Part shown: piece after piece, positions 7,809-16,297 of the stretch
Layout of the letters: every line of letters begins with the position of its first letter
How positions within the stretch are numbered: the stretch's first letter is position 1
Origin: Fidelibacterota bacterium
GTDB taxonomy: Bacteria; Fidelibacterota; Marinisomatia; Marinisomatales; TCS56
Direction: 5' to 3'
Assembly (NCBI GenBank): GCA_043822705.1
Contig: JBDRBK010000156.1
Location: 1-20,326, forward strand
DNA: 20,326 nucleotides
Made by a program: the position numbers and the translations under genes
The notes under the pieces: generated by a model
Databases searched by the model: none
Seen by the model: the letters and a program-made list of their open reading frames with translations, nothing else
What the model was told of the DNA's origin: nothing

Positions 7809-10800
7809 ATGAAACATCAGACACCGGAAACTGCTCCAGAAAAATCATTTTCAATTGCCGGGATTGCCCCCGCGGTAGAAGCTTTTGTCAACCGACGTCG
7901 TGAATTCCACGTTTCCCGCGCCGCGCGAGAGCGTTTCCAACTGGAAGACACCCTGTTCGCCCTGGACGGCAACCTGATCCTGGTAAATCTCGACACCTCG
8001 CGCAAGTTGGTCGAGCGACTCAATGCCGAACATGATCTGGTCAACAATCCCGACCAGGCCCTGCTGGCCGCCGATCTGAACGCCCTGGGGCTGATTGATG
8101 AAATCCTGCATTACGTGGTGGCGCGCTACCGCGAGCAGGTGAATTCCGGGGTGCTGGAGACCGCCCTGGACTGGCTCGAAACCGAACTGGGACGGGAACG
8201 GGTCGATCAGATTCTGGAGACTTTCATCACCCTGTTCCCGCCAACGGCGGTGTTCAACACTGGCATCCCGGCAGCGGAGTACCTGCGACAGCCAATCGCC
8301 GATGAATCCACCCGCGCCCTGGCCCTGGAAGAATTGCTGCTGCACTGGCTGGCCAACGACAATCCGGCATTCTCGCCCTTTCGCGAGCTGTTTGACGACA
8401 GCGAACTCGAGATTGCCAGCGGCTACCGCGAGCTGATCGCGGCTCTGACCCGTTTTTTCGAATCCCGGCCCGGTTTCGGTCCGCGGAACGAAAAACTGAT
8501 CGACCTGCTGCGGAGCCCGGCGCTGGCCGCGCCCAATTCACTGACCGACCAGCTCAATTTCCTGCGGGAAAACTGGGCCGACCTGTTGGGAACATTCCTG
8601 CTGCGACTGCTGCGCAGCCTGGATTTCATTACCGAAGAAACCCGCTACCGCGGCGCCGGCCCGGGTCCAGCAACGGTCCTGGAATTCGGCGGCGGTGCGG
8701 CGGAGTATGAGCGCTTCAGCCCCGATAGCGAATGGATGCCGCGGGTGGTGATGTTGGCCAAAAATGCTCTGGTCTGGCTGGACCAGCTTTCGCGCACCTA
8801 CCGGCGCCCGGTCGAGCGCCTGGACCAGATACCGGACGAAGAACTGGACCGGCTGGCGGAATTCGGTTTTACCGCCCTGTGGCTGATCGGGCTCTGGAAG
8901 CGCAGCCGCGTATCGCAGAAAATCAAGCAATGGTGCGGCAATCCCGAGGCCGAATCGTCAGCCTATTCGCTGAAGGAATACATCATCGCCGATGCCCTGG
9001 GCGGACCGGTAGCCTTCGAGAATCTGAAACAACGCTGCTGGCAGCGCGGTATCCGTCTGGCCAGCGATATGGTTCCCAACCACACCGGCCTGGATGCCGG
9101 CTGGCTGATCGAACATCCCGACTGGTACGTGCAGACCGACCAACCGCCCTTTCCGGCCTACAAATTCGAATCGGAAAACCTGGCCGAAGACGAGCGCATC
9201 AGCATCCAGATCGAGAATCATTATTACGATCGCACCGATGCCGCCGTCGTGTTTCGCTATGTCGACCGGCACAGCGGACAGGAACGCTTCATCTATCACG
9301 GCAACGACGGCACCTCGATGCCCTGGAACGACACCGCCCAGCTGAATTACCTGTTGCCGCAGGTGCGCGAGGCGGTGCTGCAGACCATCCTGCACGTGGC
9401 CCGCCAGACGCCGATCATCCGTTTCGACGCCGCCATGACCCTGGCCAAGCGCCATTTTCAGCGCCTGTGGTTCCCCGAGCCGGGCAGTGGCGGTGATATT
9501 CCCAGCCGCGCCGAACACGGCCTGACCAAGGCCGAATTCGACCGCTTGATGCCCCAGGAATTCTGGCGCGAGGTGGTGGATCGTGTGGCGGCGGAGGTGC
9601 CCCACACCCTGCTGCTGGCCGAGGCCTTCTGGATGATGGAAGGTTATTTCGTCCGCACCCTGGGCATGCACCGCGTTTACAACAGCGCTTTCATGAATAT
9701 GCTGAAAATGGAGAATAATGACGAGTACCGCCAGACCATTAAAAACACCCTGGAATTCGACCCCCAGATTCTCAAGCGTTTTGTCAATTTCCTCAACAAT
9801 CCCGATGAAGAAACAGCAGCGGTCCAGTTCGGCACCGGCGATAAATATTTCGGCATCACCCTGCTGATGCTGACCATGCCCGGCCTGCCGATGTTCGGTC
9901 ACGGCCAGATCGAAGGCTTCCGCGAAAAATACGGCATGGAATTCCGCCGCGCCTACTGGGAGGAATTCCCGGACGAAAACCTGTTAACCCGCCACCAGCG
10001 GGATATCTTCCCGGTGCTGCGCAAGCGCTACCTGTTCGCCGAGGTGGAAAATTTCCGGCTGTTCGATCTCTACGGTGACAACGGCGCGGTCAACGAGAAT
10101 GTCTTTGCCTACTCCAATAGTAGCGGCCGGGAGCGGGCGCTGGTATTGTATAACAACTCCTACCAGTCCGCCACCGGCTGGATTCGTCAATCGGCCGCCT
10201 TCAACGATAAAACCGCCAGCGACCAAATCCGGCTGCGACAGGATGATCTGGCGACCGCCCTCGCTCTGCATCCCGACGAAAATAGTTACCTGATCCTCCA
10301 TGAGCAGGTTACGGACCTGCAGTTCATTCGCCGGACCAGCGCTATCAGCGAACAGGGCTTTTTCGTCACCTTGAGCGGCTACCAGTACCAGATTTTCTGG
10401 GATTTGCAGGAGGTCCACGACAACAAATCCGGGCATTACGGACGAATCTGCGATCTGCTCAGCGGCGGCGGTGTGCCCAGCATCGACGAAGCAATCAAAG
10501 ATTTATTTTACAAACCGGTCCGGGACGCCTACGCCAGCCTGCTGGCTAACGCCGCTGGCACCGACCAGGATCAAATCGCAGCCGCAATCGCGCAGTTCAC
10601 CGAAATCGTCTGCGGTTACAGTGCAGCTACGCTTCAGTCACGGCAGATAAACCAGACGATCGCCGAAAATTTGAAAAACACCGCTCATTGGCTAAAAATC
10701 AGTCCAACGATTGCTGCCGGAGCACTGACCGGCTTTCTTTCCGCCGGAGCCGGCAACCAGGAACAGGTAACGTTGACGCTGCGGCAGCTGGGCATCCTGG

Positions 10801-11240
10801 GACCACTCTGCCGGCAATTGCCCGACGGGATAAAACTGATCGATGAGTTGGGGCTGGATAAACCAATCCTGGCCGCCTATCGTGACTGCGACGATGCGGA
10901 GAACGACCCGGAGCGCAGCCTGACTTTGTTGCGGCTGCTCTGCCGTTACCAGGACCACTTGCTGGATGCCCGTCCCGACCAGGCCCGACCGCTGTTCCGC
11001 GCCCTGCTGGATGATGGGCTGATCCACGGTTTCCTCGGCATTAATTCTTACGGCGGTGTAATCTGGTTCAATCAGGAGGGTTTTGAGGAACTGGTGTGGT
11101 GGCTGTGGACCGTATCGGCCCTGGCCCTGTCCGCCGCCAAACAGCCCTGCGATAATCTTGTGGCCACCATCAAGCGCTGGCTGGATAGCGAACAGACCTC
11201 CGGTTTCCGCCTGGAACGCCTGCTCGATCTGATGCAATAG
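7809..11240 (+). CDS. Large alpha-amylase-family (GH13) glycoside hydrolase with long N- and C-terminal extensions
   Basis: Conserved regions DMVPNH, IRFDAAM (Asp540), LLAEAFW (Glu605), FLNNPD (Asp666) and TMPGLPM. No signal peptide is visible. Confidence 0.88.
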   Translation: MKHQTPETAPEKSFSIAGIAPAVEAFVNRRREFHVSRAARERFQLEDTLFALDGNLILVNLDTSRKLVERLNAEHDLVNNPDQALLAADLNALGLIDEILHYVVARYREQVNSGVLETALDWLETELGRERVDQILETFITLFPPTAVFNTGIPAAEYLRQPIADESTRALALEELLLHWLANDNPAFSPFRELFDDSELEIASGYRELIAALTRFFESRPGFGPRNEKLIDLLRSPALAAPNSLTDQLNFLRENWADLLGTFLLRLLRSLDFITEETRYRGAGPGPATVLEFGGGAAEYERFSPDSEWMPRVVMLAKNALVWLDQLSRTYRRPVERLDQIPDEELDRLAEFGFTALWLIGLWKRSRVSQKIKQWCGNPEAESSAYSLKEYIIADALGGPVAFENLKQRCWQRGIRLASDMVPNHTGLDAGWLIEHPDWYVQTDQPPFPAYKFESENLAEDERISIQIENHYYDRTDAAVVFRYVDRHSGQERFIYHGNDGTSMPWNDTAQLNYLLPQVREAVLQTILHVARQTPIIRFDAAMTLAKRHFQRLWFPEPGSGGDIPSRAEHGLTKAEFDRLMPQEFWREVVDRVAAEVPHTLLLAEAFWMMEGYFVRTLGMHRVYNSAFMNMLKMENNDEYRQTIKNTLEFDPQILKRFVNFLNNPDEETAAVQFGTGDKYFGITLLMLTMPGLPMFGHGQIEGFREKYGMEFRRAYWEEFPDENLLTRHQRDIFPVLRKRYLFAEVENFRLFDLYGDNGAVNENVFAYSNSSGRERALVLYNNSYQSATGWIRQSAAFNDKTASDQIRLRQDDLATALALHPDENSYLILHEQVTDLQFIRRTSAISEQGFFVTLSGYQYQIFWDLQEVHDNKSGHYGRICDLLSGGGVPSIDEAIKDLFYKPVRDAYASLLANAAGTDQDQIAAAIAQFTEIVCGYSAATLQSRQINQTIAENLKNTAHWLKISPTIAAGALTGFLSAGAGNQEQVTLTLRQLGILGPLCRQLPDGIKLIDELGLDKPILAAYRDCDDAENDPERSLTLLRLLCRYQDHLLDARPDQARPLFRALLDDGLIHGFLGINSYGGVIWFNQEGFEELVWWLWTVSALALSAAKQPCDNLVATIKRWLDSEQTSGFRLERLLDLMQ

Positions 11241-11357
11241 CCAGATTCGCGGACAACCTTTTCCGGTTTTTCGAATCGAACCAGGATCACCAGTGCGGGG
11301 GAAGTGCCTCCTGATGAGCACCCGCCGGTATATTCGCTACCAATTACAGGACAGTAA

Positions 11358-13592
11358 ATGAACCGGACAAAATATCTAACTATTGCTCTCCTTTCACTCT
11401 CGCTGTTGGCGCTGGAACTGGTCTGGACCAGAATCTTTTCCGCCGAATTCTTCTACACCTTCGCCTTTCTGATTCTATCGCTGGCGATCATGGGACTTGG
11501 ACTCGGCGGGCTGGCAATCCGACTGTTTCCGGCGATCGAGCGGCGAATCGGCCTGGGGTTACTGCTGACCATCACAGCCCTGCTGGCCCTGGCGGGACCG
11601 CCGCTGGTTTTCCGGATCGGACTGAAATTTACCGACCTGTTCCACAGTTGGGCTATGGTCGGCAAACTGGCGCTGACAGTCCTGCTGCTCAGTTCCACCT
11701 ACCTGGCGGGGGGCATGGCCCTGGCGTTGTTGTTCAAACGTCACCATCAGGACATGCCGCGACTGTATATGGCCGACCTGCTCGGTGCCGGCAGCGGAGT
11801 CATATTAGCGGTACTGCTCATGAATCAGTTCGGTACGCCAGCGGCCGCTTTCCTGATCGCCCTGCCGGTGCTGCTGGCGGCCCTGCTGGAAAGCAAAGGC
11901 GCGTTGAAGGCGCTGCCATTGCTGCTGACGGCGGCTCTGGTAGTATTGACGGTCAAATCCGACCCGTTGCTGCAACCGGAAAAACCGGACCGGGCGCCAG
12001 TCATATATTCACACTGGGACGCCCAATCTAAAATTAAAATTTATGATTTCGGCGAAGATTACCGCAGCCTGAACATCGACAATGTGGCCAATTCGCCGGT
12101 GCTCCGTTTCGACGGGCGCTGGGTCCGGCCGGACTCGGAAAAAATCGAGTTCGGGATCCCGGTCGACTGGCTGATCAAAAAATTCGATGATTGTTCGTTC
12201 CTGTCGCTGGGGGCCGGCGGCGGCAGTGATGTCCTGCAGGCCCTGCAGGCCGGCGCCACTGACGTCCACGCAGTCGAGGTGATCGACCATATCAACAACT
12301 TGATGCTTGAAGGTGAACTGGCCGAATTCAGCGGTCGCATCTACCGTGACCCGCGGGTTACGGTCGCCACCGAAGACGCCCGCGCCTATGTCCGCCGGCA
12401 TCCCGGCCGCTTCGATATTATCTATTCCCTGAGCTCGAATACCTTCGCCGCCCTGGCCTCCGGTTCGTTCACCATGGCTGAGAGCTACCTGTTCACCACC
12501 GAAGCCTTCCGCGATTACTGGAATGCCTTGTCTGATAACGGTTTTATGATGCTGGAACATCAGTTTTACATGCCGCGGCTGGTGTCGGAGGTAATCGATG
12601 CCCTGACCGGACTGGGAATCGCCGATCCGACCGCCCATTTTGCCGTCTACGATCTGCCGCAGTTGCACCGGAATGCGCTGCTGCTTTCCAGGCAGCCGCT
12701 GACGTCCGAAATCCGCTCGCGGGCCCTTATGGAACTGACGCCGGATAACTATTCCTACATCCATCTACTGTACCCGGCCCCGGATTCCACCTCAGGTAAC
12801 CTGATCAACCGGATCGTGCTCGACGGCTGGCAGGCCGCCGCCGATTCGGCCAATATCGATCTGTCACCGGCCACCGATAACCGGCCGTTCGTGGCGCAAA
12901 TGGGCCTCTGGAAAAACCTCAATATCCAGGCCCTGGAACGGGTACTGCCGTACGAGTTCTACGGCTTTCCGTTATCAAAATTATTGATCCTGATAATTTT
13001 GGCGGTAGTAATAGTGCTGGTCCTGCCGTTGAATTTCTTACCCCGCTTTATCGGCCGGGCCACCCTGAAAAGCCGCCCGGTAGTGTATTTTTTCCTGATC
13101 GGCGCGGCCTTCATGATGGTCGAAGTGATCCTGATCCAGAAATACACGCTGTTTATCGGTCCCTCGGTCTATAGCCTGATTACGATCCTGCTGGCCCTGC
13201 TGGTGGGCTCCGGTATCGGTAGCCGCCGGGCCGATCATTATCGTCATTGGACGCCCTTTATCGGGATCGCCGTGTGGATCGCCCTTGACTTGCTGTTACT
13301 CGGGCGCGTCACCGCCGTCCTTGCCCCCTGGCCTCTGCTGCCGCGGCTACTGGTGGCAGCCATTCTGATCCTGCCGCTGGGCTATTTCATGGGCATGCCA
13401 TTCCCGAAAGGCGCCGGCCGTGTCGGTGAACTGATCGACTGGTGTTTTTCCATCAACGGCGCCGCCGGTGTGATCGGTTCGGTGGGGATTCTGCTGGTGG
13501 CCTTCGCCTGGGGCTATGCCGCCGCATTGACGCTGGCGGCCCTGCTGTACCTGCTGGCGGGAGCATTGCTGGCAAATCCTGAATCCTGGTAG
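11358..13592 (+). CDS. Polytopic membrane protein with a central spermidine-synthase-like / class I SAM-binding domain
   Basis: N-terminal TM block (LALELVWTRIFS, LYMADLLGAG); central LSLGAGGGSDV, HAVEV, EDARAYV and FDII; C-terminal TM block (MGMPFP, SINGAAGVIGS). Confidence 0.85.
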   Translation: MNRTKYLTIALLSLSLLALELVWTRIFSAEFFYTFAFLILSLAIMGLGLGGLAIRLFPAIERRIGLGLLLTITALLALAGPPLVFRIGLKFTDLFHSWAMVGKLALTVLLLSSTYLAGGMALALLFKRHHQDMPRLYMADLLGAGSGVILAVLLMNQFGTPAAAFLIALPVLLAALLESKGALKALPLLLTAALVVLTVKSDPLLQPEKPDRAPVIYSHWDAQSKIKIYDFGEDYRSLNIDNVANSPVLRFDGRWVRPDSEKIEFGIPVDWLIKKFDDCSFLSLGAGGGSDVLQALQAGATDVHAVEVIDHINNLMLEGELAEFSGRIYRDPRVTVATEDARAYVRRHPGRFDIIYSLSSNTFAALASGSFTMAESYLFTTEAFRDYWNALSDNGFMMLEHQFYMPRLVSEVIDALTGLGIADPTAHFAVYDLPQLHRNALLLSRQPLTSEIRSRALMELTPDNYSYIHLLYPAPDSTSGNLINRIVLDGWQAAADSANIDLSPATDNRPFVAQMGLWKNLNIQALERVLPYEFYGFPLSKLLILIILAVVIVLVLPLNFLPRFIGRATLKSRPVVYFFLIGAAFMMVEVILIQKYTLFIGPSVYSLITILLALLVGSGIGSRRADHYRHWTPFIGIAVWIALDLLLLGRVTAVLAPWPLLPRLLVAAILILPLGYFMGMPFPKGAGRVGELIDWCFSINGAAGVIGSVGILLVAFAWGYAAALTLAALLYLLAGALLANPESW

Positions 13593-13614
13593 TGAATCTG
13601 GAATATTGACACAG

Positions 13615-13650
13615 AAGGTCGGATGGTCCGCACTGTCCGACCTTTTTTTT
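13615..13650 (+). terminator. Rho-independent terminator after the SAM-binding membrane protein gene
   Basis: AAGGTCGGATGGT-CCGC-ACTGTCCGACCTT forms a 13-bp stem with two G-U pairs, followed by a T8 run (13643-13650). Confidence 0.85.
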
Positions 13651-13779
13651 CTCATGGCTGTAGCCATCTGATATTTTAAAAAATCAGATACCCATTAATT
13701 GTCACCAGATAGGTCTTGGCAGTAGGATTGAATGTTTGCTGCGCATTAAACTTTCCCCCTTGCAGAGAGGGATTGAAAA

Positions 13780-14172
13780 ATGAAAACAATTCAAATCAGC
13801 ACTACCGGCCGGGTCGATCTTATCGATATCACCGGGCTGGTCCGGGCGGCGGTGGCCGAGGCGGGCGTCGCCAGCGGCATCGTGACCGTCTTCGTGCCTC
13901 ACACCACCTGCGGCATCATGATTAACGAGCATGCCGACCCCGATGTCGTCCGGGATATCAAAATGCAGTTGGAAAAACTGGCCCCGCCAGATGCCGGTTA
14001 CCGCCACTACGAAGGTAATTCCGACAGCCATATCAAGACCGCCTTAGTGGGTTCTTCGGAACAGATCATCATCGAGAACGGCCAGTTGGTCCTGGGAACC
14101 TGGCAGGGAATATTTCTCTGTGATTTCGACGGTCCCCGCACCCGCAAGGTACACATTAAGATTATTCCGTAG
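13780..14172 (+). CDS. yjbQ: YjbQ/UPF0047 family protein (secondary thiamine-phosphate synthase family)
   Basis: [30 protein letters not shown] and [16 protein letters not shown]. Confidence 0.95.
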   Translation: MKTIQISTTGRVDLIDITGLVRAAVAEAGVASGIVTVFVPHTTCGIMINEHADPDVVRDIKMQLEKLAPPDAGYRHYEGNSDSHIKTALVGSSEQIIIENGQLVLGTWQGIFLCDFDGPRTRKVHIKIIP

Positions 14173-14211
14173 CGATTCCGGTAAAGTGCATTTAAGCTTT
14201 TCATTCGACTG

Positions 14212-14919
14212 ATGACGACCGACTATCTTAAACTGACGTTTATCCTGGTCCGGCCCGCCCGCCCGGAGAACATCGGTGCGGCCGCGCGTGCTTTGAAAAC
14301 CATGGGCTTTGACTCCCTGTGTCTTATCAGTCCCGCCGACCATCTCAGCGAGCCGGCTCGTCGACTGGCCCATGGCGCTGGCGATCTGCTGGATTCGGCC
14401 CGGGTTTTTGACTCGCTGGAAGCGGCAGTGGCGGGCTGTGACCTGGTAATCGGCACCTCCGCCAAACACAAGCATTCCCACCAGGATTATCACCAACCGG
14501 AACAAGTGCTTGACCTGATTAAGTCCAAGATCGGGACGATCGCCACAACTGCCATCGTATTCGGCGGCGAAGAGAGCGGCCTGTCGAAGAAAGACCTGGG
14601 CCTCTGCCACCTGGTTTCCTCCATTCCGCTGGCGGCTGCTTACCCATCACTGAATCTGGCTCAGGCCGTGATGATCTACGCCTATGCTCTGGCGCCATTG
14701 GCGCTGAAAAATTCACCGGCGGCAGCGGCGGATTTACCAGCAATGGAATGGACAACCCTGCACTGTAAAACCGCCAACCTGCTGGCGGCGATCGACTTGC
14801 CGCCCGGGAGCCAGTTGCACGGACGCATCCTCGAACGCCTGGGCCTGCTGGGAACCACGGACATACACCTGCTCCTATCGATAATCGGTCGACTGGAGCG
14901 AAAACTGCAAACGGACTGA
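14212..14919 (+). CDS. lasT: SPOUT tRNA/rRNA methyltransferase, TrmJ/LasT(YjtD) group, most like LasT
   Basis: LVRPARPENIGAAARALKTMGF, LAHGAGDLLD, VFGGEESGL, YPSLNLAQAV and the C-terminal ERLGLLG, all resembling E. coli YjtD/LasT. Confidence 0.8.
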   Translation: MTTDYLKLTFILVRPARPENIGAAARALKTMGFDSLCLISPADHLSEPARRLAHGAGDLLDSARVFDSLEAAVAGCDLVIGTSAKHKHSHQDYHQPEQVLDLIKSKIGTIATTAIVFGGEESGLSKKDLGLCHLVSSIPLAAAYPSLNLAQAVMIYAYALAPLALKNSPAAAADLPAMEWTTLHCKTANLLAAIDLPPGSQLHGRILERLGLLGTTDIHLLLSIIGRLERKLQTD

Positions 14920-14921
14920 CT

Positions 14922-15758
14922 ATGGATTTTCACAAATATCAGGCCCTGGGCAACGATTACATTGTAATCGACCCCAAGGTATTGACCACTGATTTGACAC
15001 CGGAACAGATCATCCGTATCTGCCATCCGCACCTGGGGGTCGGTTCCGACGGCATTCTGGTCGGCCCCTACAAATCTGAAAGGGCTGATTTCGGGCTGCG
15101 ACTGTTCAATCCCGATGGCGGCGAATTCGAAAAAAGCGGCAACGGCCTGCGGATATTCTGCCGTTACCTGTGGGATCAGAAGCTGGTCGGCCAGGAAGAA
15201 TTCAGCATCGACACTCCCGGCGGCGTGGTACAAGCACAGGTTTCCGCAAACGGCCGCCGCGTTCGCGTGGAGATGGGCCAGGTCAGTTTTGACAGCACCA
15301 GGATTCCCGTCGCCGGTCCGCCGCGGGAGGTGTTGAATGAAACGCTGACCGTCAATGGCGCCGACTACCGTTATTGCGCGGCAACAATCGGTAATCCCCA
15401 TTGCGTGGTGGTCCCCGATCGGGTCAGCGCCGAACTGGCTCATGCCGTAGGACCGGCCTTCGAAACCGCCCCGCGTTTCCCCAACCGGACCAATGTGCAA
15501 TTCCTGGAAATAATCGACCGCCATAATATCCGGATCGAAATCTGGGAGCGCGGTGTAGGCTACACCCTGGCCTCCGGTAGCTCCAGTTGCGCCGCCGCTG
15601 CCGTCGCCCGCCGACTGGGATATTGCAATGACCAGATTACCGTCCACTGCGCCGGGGGGGATATTGAAATCAGCATTGCCGACGACTGGTCCGTAACCAT
15701 GGCCGGGGCCGTAACCAAGGTTTGTACCGGACAGTTAGCTACTGAAGCATTTGACTGA
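14922..15758 (+). CDS. dapF: Diaminopimelate epimerase-like protein (DapF fold) with Ser at both catalytic Cys positions
   Basis: FHKYQALGNDY, GVGSDG, NPDGGEFEKSGNG, GNPHCV, FPNRTNVQF and WERGVGYTLASGS. The fold assignment is confident; the activity is not. Confidence 0.85.
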   Translation: MDFHKYQALGNDYIVIDPKVLTTDLTPEQIIRICHPHLGVGSDGILVGPYKSERADFGLRLFNPDGGEFEKSGNGLRIFCRYLWDQKLVGQEEFSIDTPGGVVQAQVSANGRRVRVEMGQVSFDSTRIPVAGPPREVLNETLTVNGADYRYCAATIGNPHCVVVPDRVSAELAHAVGPAFETAPRFPNRTNVQFLEIIDRHNIRIEIWERGVGYTLASGSSSCAAAAVARRLGYCNDQITVHCAGGDIEISIADDWSVTMAGAVTKVCTGQLATEAFD

Positions 15759-15824
15759 ATATTTATTCGTGCCGGGATAACCCATAAGTAATCACAGCAT
15801 TCAATTAATCTTTCATGCACACCC

Positions 15825-15853
15825 TTGACACGCTATTATTTTATTCGTATACT
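15825..15853 (+). promoter_or_regulatory. Sigma70 promoter of the blaI-like operon
   Basis: TTGACA (15825-15830), 17-bp spacer, TATACT (15848-15853). Confidence 0.85.
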
Positions 15854-15869
15854 TACTATAGTTATAGTA
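15854..15869. promoter_or_regulatory. Palindromic operator, probable binding site of the BlaI-family repressor
   Basis: TACTATA-GT-TATAGTA is a perfect 7+7 inverted repeat directly after the -10 box. It resembles the TAC...GTA boxes of BlaI/MecI/CopY repressors. Confidence 0.75.
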
Positions 15870-15895
15870 GACCAACTGAAGCAATAGGAGCTATT

Positions 15896-16297
15896 TTGAC
15901 CAACAAGCCAAAACTTACCCCGGTGGAATGGGAAATCATGGAGGCGATCTGGGCCCTGGGCGGCGCACCGTCGGTGCGGGAAGTGCTGGAAAGCAAATTC
16001 ATAACCGGCGACAAAGCCTACACTACGGTGCAAACCACCATGAATATTCTGGTAACCAAAGGGATGTTAACCCGCAAGAAAATCGGATTGGTTAATTTTT
16101 ATGCCCCCACCCAGCCGCGCCGATCACTGGTAAAAAACGAAGTTGCTACCATTATCAGCCGGATTTTCAACGGCTCGGCCCCAGCCTTGACCAATTATCT
16201 GATCGATGAAGAGAAGCTGACCCTGGAAGAAATCAGTGAAATCAAAGCCCTGCTAATTGCCAAGGAAAAACAGTTGCAGGAGTCGGACAATGGTTAA
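15896..16297 (+). CDS. BlaI/MecI/CopY family transcriptional repressor
   Basis: LTPVEWEIMEAIW, AYTTVQTTMNILVTKG and IFNGS. Start reassigned to TTG at 15896 because AGGAG lies at 15886-15890; the ORF-track start at 15815 runs through the promoter. Confidence 0.93.
   Translation: MTNKPKLTPVEWEIMEAIWALGGAPSVREVLESKFITGDKAYTTVQTTMNILVTKGMLTRKKIGLVNFYAPTQPRRSLVKNEVATIISRIFNGSAPALTNYLIDEEKLTLEEISEIKALLIAKEKQLQESDNG

Noticed and set aside
8958..9902. 314-aa minus-strand ORF
   Set aside because: Antisense shadow of the GH13 catalytic domain.
11295..11325. Hairpin with CTGATGA in the loop upstream of the SAM-binding gene (hammerhead, SAM-I or fluoride riboswitch candidate)
   Set aside because: There is no GAAA core partner or three-stem junction for a hammerhead, and the SAM-I (AUC..GAG, GCAACC, P1 pairing) and fluoride (GGCGAUGG) signatures are missing. 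An Rfam cmscan of 11241-11357 would settle it.
13752..13773. TCCCCCTTGCAGAGAGGGA upstream of yjbQ as a third REP-like copy
   Set aside because: The stem is mismatched and the companion hairpin and flanks are absent; the G-rich arm is explained as the RBS.
15815..15895. ORF-track N-terminal extension of the BlaI-like gene
   Set aside because: It overlaps the promoter and operator and gives an implausible Tyr/Ser-rich peptide; the RBS supports TTG at 15896.
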